DNA of 64,000 bases from an uncultured Actinomycetes bacterium (GCA_963848725.1 CAWKEV010000010.1:550-64549); one strand, 5' to 3'; counted from the stretch's first letter, positions 28,631-38,385 are shown. The notes: generated from the letters alone by a model not told the origin. Made by a program: numbers and translations.

Positions 28631-30857
28631 CCTGGTCACGGTCTCGATCGACGACCGCACGATCTCGGTGCCGGGCGGCACGGGGATCGTCGAGGCTGGG
28701 ATCGCGGCCGGGATCGAGATCCCGGTCTTCTGCTACGAGCCCCGTCTCGGAGCCCCCGTGGGCGCCTGCCGCATGTGCCTGGTCGAGATCGAGGGGATGC
28801 CGAAGCTCCAGGCCGGCTGCACGCTGACGGTGACGGACGGAATGGTGATCCGGACCGCCGAGACGTCCGAGAAGGCCGCCGAGGGCCAGGCCGCGACGCT
28901 CGAGTTCATCCTCGTCAACCACCCGCTCGACTGCCCGGTCTGCGACAAGGGCGGCGAGTGCCCGCTCCAGGACCACACGTTCCGCTACGGGCCGGGCAAC
29001 ACGCGCATGACCTTCTCGAAGGTCACGATGGACAAGCCGATCCCGGTCTCACCGCTGATAGCGCTCGACCGAGAGCGCTGCATCCTCTGTTACCGCTGCA
29101 CCCGGTTCTCGGAGGACGTCGCCGAGGACGGCCAGCTCATCGCAAGGAACCGCGGAGCGCACTCCGAGATCGCCACCTTCGAGGACGAGCCGTACCGCGC
29201 GCCGTTCTCGGGGAACGTGATCGAGCTCTGCCCGGTCGGGGCGCTGACCTCGACGCTCTATCGCTTCGACGGCCGGCCGTGGGAAATCCAGAACGTGCCG
29301 ACGGTGTGCACGGGCTGCCCGGTCGGCTGCAACGTCTCCGCCACGATCCGGGAGGGCAGGGTCAAGCGGATCCTCTCGCGCAACCACCCCGAGCTCGACC
29401 GCGGCTGGCTGTGCGACAAGGGCAGGTTCACGTATCCGCACCTGCGAGCGAGCGACCGGATAACGACGCCGCTCCGGCGCGGGACGAAGGGGCTCGAGGA
29501 CACGGCGTCCTGGGACGATGCGCTCGACGCGGCCGAGGAGATGCTCCGCGAGGCCGAGGGCGGGATCGTGACCGCGCTCTCCGGCTCGGAGACGACCGAG
29601 CTCGCCTACGCTCTCGGCCGGCTCCTGCGCGGAGGTCTCGGCGCGCACTCGGCCGTGCTCCCCGAGGCGACCTCCGACGCGCTCGACGCCTTCAGGCTGC
29701 CGCTGTCGGCGATCGCGGACGCGGAGCTCGTCGTGGTGATCGGCGACGACCCGGTCGTCGAGCGCGCGCCGATCGTCGATCTCTGGATCAAGGAGGCCGC
29801 GCGGCGCAGAGCCGAGGTCGTCACCTGCTCGCCTTCCGGGAGCGTGCCGACGGCCCCCGGCGCCGGGGCGGAGCTCTGCCGCGACCTCGCGTCGGCGCGC
29901 TCGCCGCTCGCGAAGGGGCTGCGCAACGCCGAGAAGGCGATCCTCGTGTGGTCGGGGCCGGGCGGAGGCGGAGGCGCGCGCATCGCCGAGCTCGCGCACG
30001 AGCTCGGCTTCGAGTCGAAGCCCGGCTGCGGCGCGCTCCATCTGCCCGCGACGGCGAACGGCCGCGGCGTCTCCACGGCGTGGGCCGCGGCAGCCGACTC
30101 GGACGAGACGGAGGTCGGGCACATCCAGCTCCTGGTCGTCTCGGGTGACGAGGCGGCCGCCGACGAGAGCGTGCGCGCGCTCGCCGAGCAGGCCGACAGC
30201 GTGCTCGTCGTAACGATGTTCCACGGGCTCGCAACCGGCTGGGCGGACCTGATCCTGCCGGCCACCGGCGCGCTCGAGCGGGACGGGACGACCCTGAACC
30301 TCGAGGGACGTGTCCAGCGCCTGCGCCGCGCGGTGCCGCCCCCGTGCCCGGACGAGCTCGCGTGGATCTCCAAGCTCGCGGCACGCTTCGACATCGACGT
30401 CGCGCCTCACGCGGCAGGCGTCTTCGAGGAGCTCTCGACCCACGTCTACCGCGGTCTCACGCTCGAGGAGCTCGGAGCCCGCGCTCCCCTGCCGGCGCGT
30501 GCTTCGTACGAGGCACCCGCGGCGGCCACGACGGCCACGTCATCCGCGGTTCCCGAGCCGTCGGAGCGGCGTGCGGGGAACCTCCACCTCCAGCGCTACC
30601 GCCCGCTCTTCGCGGGACCGGCCGTCGAGCGCGTGCCGGAGCTCGCCTTCCAGCGCCCCCCGCCGGAGGTCGAGCTCTCCACCGCGGACGCCGAGCTCCT
30701 GGACATCGCCCCGGGCGACGCGGTTCTCGTGCGCTCGAACGGCACGTCGGTCGAGCTCCGCGCCCGCGTGTCGCGGCGGCTGATGGACGGCGTCGTCCGC
30801 GTCGCCGAGGAGCACGCAGCGGATCTCCACCCGTCGGTGGAGGTGAGCAGGACGTGA
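28623..30857 (+). CDS. nuoG: NADH-quinone oxidoreductase subunit G
   Basis: 744 aa. CYEPRLGAPVGACRMCLVEIEG, HPLDCPVCDKGGECPLQD, CILCYRCTRF. Confidence 0.96.
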
Positions 30858-31864
30858 CCGTGAGCACGCAGTCCGTCGACTGGTGGGTGAGCCTGATCGA
30901 GGCCGTGATCGTGATCAACCTCGTGATGGCGACGTTCGCGTACCTGACCCTCGCCGAGCGGAAGGTCATGGGGCGGATGCAGCTCCGCTACGGGCCGAAC
31001 CGCGTCGGCCCCTTCGGACTGCTGCAGCCGATCGCCGACCTCTTGAAGCTCCTGCACAAGGAGAGCTTCTACCCGGCCGCGGCGATCGACGTCCTCTACC
31101 TCTTCGCGCCCTGGTTTGCGGCGTTCACGGCGCTCTGCACGTTCTCCGTGATCCCCTTCGGGCCGGGGTGGGACATCGCCGGCGTGTACGTCCCGGGGCA
31201 GGTCGCCGACGTGCCGATCTCGCTGATCCTCATCTTCGCGATCGGGTCGATCGGCGTGTACGGGTTCATCATCGGCGGCTGGTCGTCGGACTCGAAGTAC
31301 GCGCTCCTCGGCTCGATGCGCACGTGCGCCCAGCTCGTCTCGTACGAGGTCTCGCTCGCGCTCTCCGTGCTCGGCGTCGTGATCATGGCCAAGTCGCTCG
31401 CGCTCACGAACATCGTCGCGGCGCAGGGCTCGTACTGGTACATCGGACCGCAGTTCGTCGGGCTGATCATCTTCCTCCTCGCGGGCACGGCCGAGACCGC
31501 CAGGGCTCCGTTCGATCTCCCCGAAGCCGAGCAGGAGCTCGTCGCCGGCTACCACACGGAATACGGGGGGATGCGCTTCGGGCTCTTCACGATGGCCGAG
31601 TACATCAACCTGATCACGCTCTCCGGCCTCTGCGTGACGCTCTTCCTCGGCGGCTGGCACGGCCCCGGCTGGACCGGCCCGAGCTGGGTAGGCCCGCTGT
31701 GGTTCCTCCTCAAGCTCGTCATCGTCCTCTACGTCTTCATCTGGATGCGGACGACGCTGCCGCGGCTCCGCTACGACCAGCTCATGCGCTTCGGGTGGAA
31801 GGTGCTCCTGCCTGTCGCGACGATCAACGCCGTCATCACGGCGGTCCTGGTGGTGTGGATCTGA
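30854..31864 (+). CDS. nuoH: NADH-quinone oxidoreductase subunit H
   Basis: LAERKVMGRMQLRYGPNRVGPFGLLQPIAD and FDLPEAEQELVAGYHTEYGG. GTGA overlap with nuoG. Confidence 0.96.
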   Translation: MTVSTQSVDWWVSLIEAVIVINLVMATFAYLTLAERKVMGRMQLRYGPNRVGPFGLLQPIADLLKLLHKESFYPAAAIDVLYLFAPWFAAFTALCTFSVIPFGPGWDIAGVYVPGQVADVPISLILIFAIGSIGVYGFIIGGWSSDSKYALLGSMRTCAQLVSYEVSLALSVLGVVIMAKSLALTNIVAAQGSYWYIGPQFVGLIIFLLAGTAETARAPFDLPEAEQELVAGYHTEYGGMRFGLFTMAEYINLITLSGLCVTLFLGGWHGPGWTGPSWVGPLWFLLKLVIVLYVFIWMRTTLPRLRYDQLMRFGWKVLLPVATINAVITAVLVVWI

Positions 31865-31998
31865 TGAACGCTCGCCTTCGGCTCGCGTTCGCGGAGGAAA
31901 CCATGTTTCCCCCGCGTGCCCCCTTCTTCTCGAGAACGTGGGGAATCTCTCGGTTCCCCACACCCCTCCCCACTCATGAGCCAGGAGGCGGCTCATGA
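31864..31998 (+). CDS. Candidate 44-codon bridging small ORF between nuoH and nuoI (hypothetical)
   Basis: The ATG at 31864 shares its A with the nuoH TGA (TGATG). The stop TGA at 31996-31998 overlaps the nuoI ATG at 31995 (ATGA). Product: [44 protein letters not shown]. Codon bias is weaker than in neighbouring genes. Confidence 0.3.
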   Translation: MNARLRLAFAEETMFPPRAPFFSRTWGISRFPTPLPTHEPGGGS

Positions 31999-31999
31999 G
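31973..31999 (+). promoter_or_regulatory. RNA hairpin presenting the nuoI Shine-Dalgarno in its loop and pairing the nuoI AUG in its stem
   Basis: CTCATGAGCC-AGGAGGC-GGCTCATGAG forms a perfect 10-bp stem. The 3' arm contains the nuoI start codon (31995-31997). Confidence 0.55.
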
Positions 32000-32492
32000 C
32001 CCGCAGCCGCTCTCGAGCCTGAAGGGGTTCGCCGTCACCTTCCGGCAGCTCTTCCGCAAGCCGATCACGCAGCAATACCCGGAGTTCAAGCGCGCCGTGT
32101 ACCCGCGCTTTCGTGGGCGTCACCGGCTGCACCGACACGAGAACGGGCTCGAGAAGTGCGTCGGCTGCTCGCTGTGCGCGGCTGCCTGCCCGGCGGACTG
32201 CATCCGCGTCGTCGCGGCCGAGAACACGCAGGGCGCGCGCGTCTCGGCGGGCGAGCGCTACGCGCGGATCTACGAGATCAACCTCTCCCGCTGCATCTTC
32301 TGCGGCTACTGCGAGCTCGCGTGCCCGTTCGACGCGATCACGCTCGGGAACGAGTTCGAGATCTCCGAGTACTCGCGCGACGACCTCATCTACACGAAGG
32401 ACATGCTCCTCGCCGAGCCGATCAAGCGCGTACCGGTCGCGGACCCGATCCGCTTCGACACCCCCGTGCCCTCCTACAAGACCCGTTCATAG
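31995..32492 (+). CDS. nuoI: NADH-quinone oxidoreductase subunit I
   Basis: Two 4Fe-4S ferredoxin motifs, [12 protein letters not shown] and [12 protein letters not shown]. Confidence 0.96.
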   Translation: MSPQPLSSLKGFAVTFRQLFRKPITQQYPEFKRAVYPRFRGRHRLHRHENGLEKCVGCSLCAAACPADCIRVVAAENTQGARVSAGERYARIYEINLSRCIFCGYCELACPFDAITLGNEFEISEYSRDDLIYTKDMLLAEPIKRVPVADPIRFDTPVPSYKTRS

Positions 32493-32600
32493 ATGCGCTC
32501 TGGGTCGACGACAGGCGCTGAGGTCGCGCAGGGGCCGCCTTCAGGGATCTCGAGCGAGCAGGATCCGCGCGAGCGGATCCTGCTCCGCGCCACCAGCTGA
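32493..32600 (+). CDS. Candidate 35-codon bridging small ORF between nuoI and nuoJ (hypothetical)
   Basis: The ATG at 32493 directly abuts the nuoI TAG (TAGATG). The stop TGA at 32598-32600 shares its A with the nuoJ ATG at 32600 (TGATG). Product: MRSGSTTGAEVAQGPPSGISSEQDPRERILLRATS. No Shine-Dalgarno is visible for nuoJ. Confidence 0.3.
   Translation: MRSGSTTGAEVAQGPPSGISSEQDPRERILLRATS
32556..32585 (+). promoter_or_regulatory. Perfect 13-bp stem / GCGA-loop hairpin inside the nuoI-nuoJ spacer
   Basis: GAGCAGGATCCGC-GCGA-GCGGATCCTGCTC, 15 nt upstream of the nuoJ ATG, with no U-tract. Confidence 0.6.
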
Positions 32601-33133
32601 TGGGAAACGTCCTCGTCTGGATCGTGTGGTTCGCCGCGGCGGCGGGGTGCCTCGCGAGCGGAGTCGCGGTCGTGACCCTCACGAACCCGTTCTTCTCAGC
32701 GCTCGCGTTGATCGGGAACCTCGCCTCGCTCGCCGTGCTCTACCTCCTCCTCGCCGCCGAGTTCGTCGCGGCCGCGCAGGTGCTCGTTTACGCGGGGGCG
32801 GTCATGGTCATGTTCCTCTTCGTCATCGCCTACCTCGGAGGACGGGCCGACGCGCCCTGGGCGGGCGGCCATCCCCTCGTGCGGACGGCGGCCGTCGTCG
32901 CAGCAGCGGCGCTGCTCGTCGAGGTCGTCGTCGTGCTCGGGCTCGCCTGGGGGGACGACCTCGGGAGCCCGGCCAAGATCTCGAGCTCGTTCGGGAGCCC
33001 GGCCCAGATCGGCCGGCTCTTCCTCACCGACCAGCTCCTCGCATTCGAGGTCACGTCGATCGTGCTGCTCGTCGCCGCGATCGGTGGCGTCGTGCTCGGG
33101 ACGACGCGGGACAAGGAAGAGGAGACGGCGTAG
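32600..33133 (+). CDS. nuoJ: NADH-quinone oxidoreductase subunit J
   Basis: 177 aa, multi-TM, FVAAAQVLVYAGAVMVMFLFVI motif. Confidence 0.93.
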   Translation: MGNVLVWIVWFAAAAGCLASGVAVVTLTNPFFSALALIGNLASLAVLYLLLAAEFVAAAQVLVYAGAVMVMFLFVIAYLGGRADAPWAGGHPLVRTAAVVAAAALLVEVVVVLGLAWGDDLGSPAKISSSFGSPAQIGRLFLTDQLLAFEVTSIVLLVAAIGGVVLGTTRDKEEETA

Positions 33134-33441
33134 TGGACGGCCCGGACGTCGGCTGGTACCTGATCGTCGCGGCGATCCTGTTCGGGACGGGGGCGCTCGG
33201 CGTGATGCTCCGGCGCAGCCCGCTCGTCGTCCTGCTCTCGCTCGAGCTGATGCTGAACGCGGGGAGCTTGACCCTGATCGCGTTCGCAAGGCAGAACGGC
33301 GACCTGAACGGCCAGATCTTCGCGCTCTCCGTGATGGCCGTGGCGGCGGGCGAGGTGGCCGTCGGGCTCGGGCTCATCGTGGCGATGGCGAGGCGGCGGA
33401 TCCCCCTCGACGTCGACCGGGCGAGCGTGCTCCGCGGATGA
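33133..33441 (+). CDS. nuoK: NADH-quinone oxidoreductase subunit K
   Basis: 102 aa, 3 TM helices, LSLELMLNAGSLTLIAF...AAGEVAVGLGLIV. The GTG overlaps the nuoJ stop. Confidence 0.93.
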   Translation: MDGPDVGWYLIVAAILFGTGALGVMLRRSPLVVLLSLELMLNAGSLTLIAFARQNGDLNGQIFALSVMAVAAGEVAVGLGLIVAMARRRIPLDVDRASVLRG

Positions 33442-35336
33442 CGGTGACGGGTGCCTGGATCTGCCTCTTCGCGCCTCTCGCGTCGGCGCTCCTGATCGCG
33501 CTCCCCGGTCAGCTGATCTCTCGACGGACGGCGGGCGCGATCGCGACGCTGGCGACGTTCGTCGCCTTCGGCGGGGCAGTGTGGTCGTTCATCGCGGTCT
33601 GGGCACAGAGCCCGTCCGGCCGCGAGAACCCCTCGACGCTCTACACCTGGCTCGTCGCCGGCAACCTCCACGTCGGGTTCCAGATCCTCGTCGACCCGCT
33701 CTCGCTCGTGATGATGCTGATCGTCTCGGGCGTCGGCGGGCTGATCGTCCTCTACTCGATCGGGTACATGGCGGGAGACGACGAGGAGCGGCGCTACTTC
33801 GCGTACATGTCGATCTTCGTCTTCGCGATGCTCCTGCTCGTCGAGTCGGGGAACTTCCTCCTCCTGCTCGTCGGCTGGGGCCTCGTCGGTCTCGCCTCGT
33901 ATCTCCTGATCGGGTTCTGGCACCAGAAGCCGGAGGCGGTCGCGGCGGCGAAGAAGGCGTTCGTCATGAACGCGATCGGCGACGCGACGTTCGCGCTCGC
34001 GGCGGTCCTCCTCGTCTGGCAGACGGGGACGCTCGAGTACTTCGGCGTCTTCGACCAGGTCGGCTCGATGTCGCAGACGATGGTCGACCTCGTCGCGCTC
34101 GGCCTGCTCGGAGGCGCGATTGCAAAGTCGGCGCAGATTCCGCTCCACACCTGGCTCCCGGACGCGATGGAGGGCCCGACTCCGGTGTCCGCCCTCATCC
34201 ACGCGGCGACGATGGTGACCGCCGGCGTCTACCTCCTCGTGCGCGCGAGCCCGATCTTCGAGCAGGCGCCGAACGTCCAGCATCTCGCGGCCGTGCTCGG
34301 GATGATCACGCTCCTCGTCGCCGGGCTGGTGGCGCTCGTGCAGTGGGACATCAAGCGTGTGATCGCGTACTCGACGATGTCCCAGATCGGCTACATGTTC
34401 CTCGGGGCGGGGATCGGGGCCTACGGCTTCGCGATCTTCCACCTGATGACGCACGCCTTCTTCAAGGCGCTCCTCTTCCTGGCTTCCGGCCTCGTCATCC
34501 ACCACCTGGACGGGGAGCAGGACATGCGGAAGATGGGTGGCTTGAAGAAGGTGATGCCGAGGACGCACCTCGCCTTCCTCGCCGGGTCCCTCTCGCTCGT
34601 CGCGATCCCGATCTTCGCCGGCTTCTGGTCGAAGGACGCGATCCTCGCCTCCGCGCTCGCGTACGGCGGAGCCCTCGGCTGGACGCTGTACATCGGCGGC
34701 CTGCTCGGCACATTCCTGACCGGCGCGTACACGTTCCGGCTCTACTACCGGGTCTTCCGCGGCGAGCCGAGCGATGCGGCGGCGGCCGGCGCACCCGAGC
34801 ATGCGCACGCCGAGCATGGGGAGGGACCGCGCTCGATGCTGATCCCGGTTGGCGTGCTCGCAGTGCTCGCCACGATCGGCGGGCTCGTCTACATCCCGGG
34901 CGTCTGGGAGCCGCTCGAGGACTGGCTCTCCGAGGTCGTGCCGCCGCTCGTCGTCCCGACGACGGCCCAGGACTACGGATCGAGCGCGATCGCCGTGACG
35001 CTCGGGGTGATCGGCATCCTCGTCGCGCGGCGCGCCTTCCACGCGGGGCGGGAGATAGTGACGACCCCCGCGGCGTGGAGGATCCTCGAGCACAAGTTCT
35101 ACTTCGACGAGCTCTACGACGCGCTCTTCTATCGACCGGCCGTCGCGCTCTCGAACGCGCTCCGCCGCGATATCGAGGAGCCGCTGATCGAACGCTCGCT
35201 CGAGGAGATCGGCTCGGGGACGATGCAGGTCGGCGGCGAGGTCGCGCGGGTCCAGTCGGGGCTCCTGCGCACGTACGCGCTCGCAATCGCCGCCGCGGTC
35301 TTCGTTCTCGTCGTCGTCTTCGTGGCGGTCCGGTAG
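33438..35336 (+). CDS. nuoL: NADH-quinone oxidoreductase subunit L
   Basis: 632 aa antiporter-like subunit. GWGLVGLASYLLIGFW...KSAQIPLHTWLPDAMEGPTPVSALIHAATMVTAGVYL. Confidence 0.96.
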   Translation: MTVTGAWICLFAPLASALLIALPGQLISRRTAGAIATLATFVAFGGAVWSFIAVWAQSPSGRENPSTLYTWLVAGNLHVGFQILVDPLSLVMMLIVSGVGGLIVLYSIGYMAGDDEERRYFAYMSIFVFAMLLLVESGNFLLLLVGWGLVGLASYLLIGFWHQKPEAVAAAKKAFVMNAIGDATFALAAVLLVWQTGTLEYFGVFDQVGSMSQTMVDLVALGLLGGAIAKSAQIPLHTWLPDAMEGPTPVSALIHAATMVTAGVYLLVRASPIFEQAPNVQHLAAVLGMITLLVAGLVALVQWDIKRVIAYSTMSQIGYMFLGAGIGAYGFAIFHLMTHAFFKALLFLASGLVIHHLDGEQDMRKMGGLKKVMPRTHLAFLAGSLSLVAIPIFAGFWSKDAILASALAYGGALGWTLYIGGLLGTFLTGAYTFRLYYRVFRGEPSDAAAAGAPEHAHAEHGEGPRSMLIPVGVLAVLATIGGLVYIPGVWEPLEDWLSEVVPPLVVPTTAQDYGSSAIAVTLGVIGILVARRAFHAGREIVTTPAAWRILEHKFYFDELYDALFYRPAVALSNALRRDIEEPLIERSLEEIGSGTMQVGGEVARVQSGLLRTYALAIAAAVFVLVVVFVAVR

Positions 35337-35339
35337 CCC

Positions 35340-36782
35340 GTGCTGACGACGGCGCTCATCGTCCTCCCGATCGCGGGCGCGCTCGTCGTCGCGGTGCTCC
35401 CGCTGACGAAGACGGCGACCGCGGGCCTCTCGTTCCTGATCGCTCTCGGCGAGGTGGCGCTCTGGATCGTGACGGCGATCAGGTTCGACTTCTCGAGCAG
35501 CCAGCTCCAGTTCTCGACCTCGCACGAGTGGGTGCAGAGCCTCGGGATCTCCTACACCGTCGGCTTCTACGGCTTCTCGATCTGGCTGGTCGGCGCGACC
35601 GTCGTGTGCTCGGCCGCGGCGATCGGGTACGCGCTCTGGGTGGGCCGCGACCGGCCGCGCGCCTACCACGCGCTCATGCTCGGCCTGACGGGCGCGGTCG
35701 TCTCGACGTTCGTCGCGCAGGACCTCCTCCTCTTCTACGCCTCGTTCGAGGCCATGCTCATCCCGCTCTACGTGCTCGTCGGCGTCTGGGGAGGGGCGAG
35801 GCGGAACGTCGCGACGCTGACGTTCGTCGTCTACACGATGGCCGGATCGCTCCTGATGCTGGCCGCGGTCGTCGCGTACGGGGTAACCCAGGGGACCTTC
35901 GACCTGGCGACGTCCGGGACGAGCGACAACACCTGGATCTTCCTCGGCTTCGCCGTCGCGTTCGCGATCAAGGCGCCGCTCTTCCCGTTCCACGGCTGGC
36001 TGCCGCTCGCGTACCGGGAAGCGCCGGTCGAGGTCGCGGCCGTCCTCTCGGGGATCGTCTCGAAGACCGCCGTGTACGGCTTCCTGCGCATCGCGATCCC
36101 CAAGTTCCCGGATCCGGTGCACGACCTGACGGGGCTCATCCTCGTGCTCGCCGGCGCGGGCCTCGTATACGGGTCGGTCCTCGCCTTCCGCACCTCGGAC
36201 CTACGCGGGATCATCGCCTACTCGTCGATGGCGCAGATGGGCCTGATCACACTCGGGCTCTTCTCGGTGAACGACTACGGGCTCGACGGCGCCGTGCTCC
36301 AGTCGGTCAACCACGCCCTGATCACGACGAGCATGTTCCTCCTCGTCGGGATGGTCGAGCGGCGCTGTGGCACGGGCGAACTCGGCCACCTCGGCGGCAT
36401 GGCTCGCGGCCGGCCGGTGCTCGCGACGACGCTCATGGTCGCCGGGATGATCACGCTCGCCGTTCCCGGCTCGGCGACCTTCGCAGGCGAGTTCCTGATC
36501 ATGACCGGGGTGTACGGGAAGGGCTGGGGGTACGCGGTGATCGTCGCCCTCGGCATCGTGCTGGCGGCGATGTACGCGCTGCGGCTGATCTCGGCCTTGC
36601 TCCACGAACGGACGGGCTCCGCCGTGCGCGACGAGGCGCTCGACCTGCGCGTCGGTGAGCTCGCGCTCGTGCTCCCGATGGTCGCGTGCCTCGTCGTCCT
36701 CTCGGCGTGGCCGGCGCTCGTCAGCGAGAGCTCGTTCGCCGGCGACAAGGCCTCTCAGGTGCTGACGCAGAGGTTCCGGTGA
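35340..36782 (+). CDS. nuoM: NADH-quinone oxidoreductase subunit M
   Basis: 480 aa antiporter-like subunit. FAIKAPLFPFHGWLPLAYREAPV...YSSMAQMG. Confidence 0.96.
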   Translation: MLTTALIVLPIAGALVVAVLPLTKTATAGLSFLIALGEVALWIVTAIRFDFSSSQLQFSTSHEWVQSLGISYTVGFYGFSIWLVGATVVCSAAAIGYALWVGRDRPRAYHALMLGLTGAVVSTFVAQDLLLFYASFEAMLIPLYVLVGVWGGARRNVATLTFVVYTMAGSLLMLAAVVAYGVTQGTFDLATSGTSDNTWIFLGFAVAFAIKAPLFPFHGWLPLAYREAPVEVAAVLSGIVSKTAVYGFLRIAIPKFPDPVHDLTGLILVLAGAGLVYGSVLAFRTSDLRGIIAYSSMAQMGLITLGLFSVNDYGLDGAVLQSVNHALITTSMFLLVGMVERRCGTGELGHLGGMARGRPVLATTLMVAGMITLAVPGSATFAGEFLIMTGVYGKGWGYAVIVALGIVLAAMYALRLISALLHERTGSAVRDEALDLRVGELALVLPMVACLVVLSAWPALVSESSFAGDKASQVLTQRFR

Positions 36783-36783
36783 C

Positions 36784-38250
36784 GTGATCGTGACGCCTCA
36801 CGTCGACTGGTTCGCGCTCGCGCCCGAACTCGCGCTGCTCGCGGCGGGGGCGATCGCGCTCATCTCGGCGGTTGCCGTTCCCGTCTGGATGCGGCGGGCG
36901 GTCGCCGCGACGTTCGTCTTCTCTGGATTCGTCACCGCAGCCGTCTTCGCCGGGTACGAGTTCAGCCGGACGCCGACTCCGCAGGCCGAGCTCACCGACA
37001 CGATGTACCGTGACCGGCTCGCCGCGCTCGCGGCGCTGATCCTGGCGATCACGGGTGCCGTCGTCGTCTTCGTGTCGTGGGCCGAGCGCCACCGCGACAA
37101 CCACGGCGAGTACTACGCGCTCCTCGCCGCCGCCGGCGCCGGCATGATCTTCTTCGTCAGCGCGGGAAGCCTGCTGACCCTGTTCCTCGGGCTCGAGTGG
37201 TTCTCGATCGCGCTCTACATCCTGGTCGCGATCGACACCGAGCGCGAGACGTCCCTCGAGGCGGGCCTGAAGTACCTCATCGTGGGCGGGTTCGGCTCCG
37301 CCGTCCTGCTCTTCGGCTCCGCTCTCGTCTACGGCGCGACCGGAGAGCTCAGCTTCGCCGCCATCGCGAAGGCGGGGGCCGAGGGCGACGTCTTCTTCGT
37401 CGCAGGGCTCGCGATGATTCTCGCCGGGCTGATGTTCAAGGTCTCGGCGGCGCCGTTCCACATGTGGACGCCCGACGTGTACCAGGGCGCCCCCACGTCG
37501 GTCACGACCTTCATGGCCGCCGCTACGAAGACCGCCGCGTTCGTGCTCACGCTGCGGGTCCTCGTGACCGCGTTCCCCGGCGAGAGCGACATCTGGACGA
37601 TCGCGGTCGCCGTCGTCGCGGTCATCTCGCTCGCCTGGGGCAACCTCGCAGCGCTCGCGCAGAGCGACGTCAAGCGGCTGCTCGCGTACTCGTCGATCTC
37701 GCAGGCCGGCTTCATGCTCATCGCGGTCGAGACGAACACCACGCGCGGTGGACAGGCGCTCCTCTACTACCTCGTCGTGTATTCGGCGATGTCCGTCGGC
37801 GCCTTCGCGGTCGTCGCGGCACGCGAGCGGGAGCTCGGACGCCCCGTGACGCTCGAGGGCCTCGGCGGCTTTGGCTGGGAGCGGCCCCTGTACGGGACGG
37901 CGATGTGGGTCTTCATGCTGGGCTTCGCGGGGTTCCCGCTCACGGGCGGCCTGTTCGCGAAGTTCTTCGTCTTCTCGGCCGCTTACGACGCGGGCGACTG
38001 GTGGCTCGTGCTCATCGGCGTCGCCGCGACCGCGATCTCGCTCGCGTACTACCTGAACGTCGTGCGCTGGATGTACATGCGCACCGGTCCGCTGCCCCGA
38101 GCGGCCGTCGCCGTGGGCGGCGCTCCTCCGCGGGAGCACGCGCTCGGGGTCGCTGTCTCGGCCGCGGTCGTGGTCACGATCGGCTCCTTCTTCGTCGTCC
38201 AGCCGATCCTCGACCTCGCCTCCGACGCGATCTCGTCGCTCACCTTCTGA
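36784..38250 (+). CDS. nuoN: NADH-quinone oxidoreductase subunit N
   Basis: 488 aa antiporter-like subunit. FKVSAAPFHMWTPDVYQGAPTSVT...YSSISQAGF. Confidence 0.96.
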   Translation: MIVTPHVDWFALAPELALLAAGAIALISAVAVPVWMRRAVAATFVFSGFVTAAVFAGYEFSRTPTPQAELTDTMYRDRLAALAALILAITGAVVVFVSWAERHRDNHGEYYALLAAAGAGMIFFVSAGSLLTLFLGLEWFSIALYILVAIDTERETSLEAGLKYLIVGGFGSAVLLFGSALVYGATGELSFAAIAKAGAEGDVFFVAGLAMILAGLMFKVSAAPFHMWTPDVYQGAPTSVTTFMAAATKTAAFVLTLRVLVTAFPGESDIWTIAVAVVAVISLAWGNLAALAQSDVKRLLAYSSISQAGFMLIAVETNTTRGGQALLYYLVVYSAMSVGAFAVVAARERELGRPVTLEGLGGFGWERPLYGTAMWVFMLGFAGFPLTGGLFAKFFVFSAAYDAGDWWLVLIGVAATAISLAYYLNVVRWMYMRTGPLPRAAVAVGGAPPREHALGVAVSAAVVVTIGSFFVVQPILDLASDAISSLTF

Positions 38251-38257
38251 GTCGTGC

Positions 38258-38298
38258 GCGCGTCCGGAATCCGTGCAACGCGCGGATTCCGGACGCGC
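38258..38298 (+). terminator. Strong stem-loop after nuoN (operon terminator)
   Basis: GCGCGTCCGGAATCCG-N9-CGGATTCCGGACGCGC forms a perfect 16-bp stem starting 8 nt after the nuoN stop. Confidence 0.65.
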
Positions 38299-38385
38299 CA
38301 AGATCCCTGAAGCGGTCGCTCCGCGGCCGACCGCGTCGGACCCTTGTTGCCGCCCGTTCGGACACGGCTCCTCTAGATTCCAGGC

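Noticed and set aside
31916-32521. 201-aa plus-strand ORF overlapping nuoI in another frame
   Set aside because: It is out of frame with the ferredoxin-motif-bearing NuoI. Its Arg/Ala/Pro-rich nonsense translation marks it as a shadow ORF.
33051-36122. 1023-aa minus-strand ORF across nuoK-nuoL-nuoM. Similar long antisense ORFs occur at 30596..32089, 36721..38301, 42913..45000, 44699..46054 and 16199..17563.
   Set aside because: All are antisense to genes with strong family signatures, and their translations are Arg/Asp/Glu/Pro low-complexity sequence. One, 42913..45000, contributes only the middle frame of the frameshifted DUF1015 gene.
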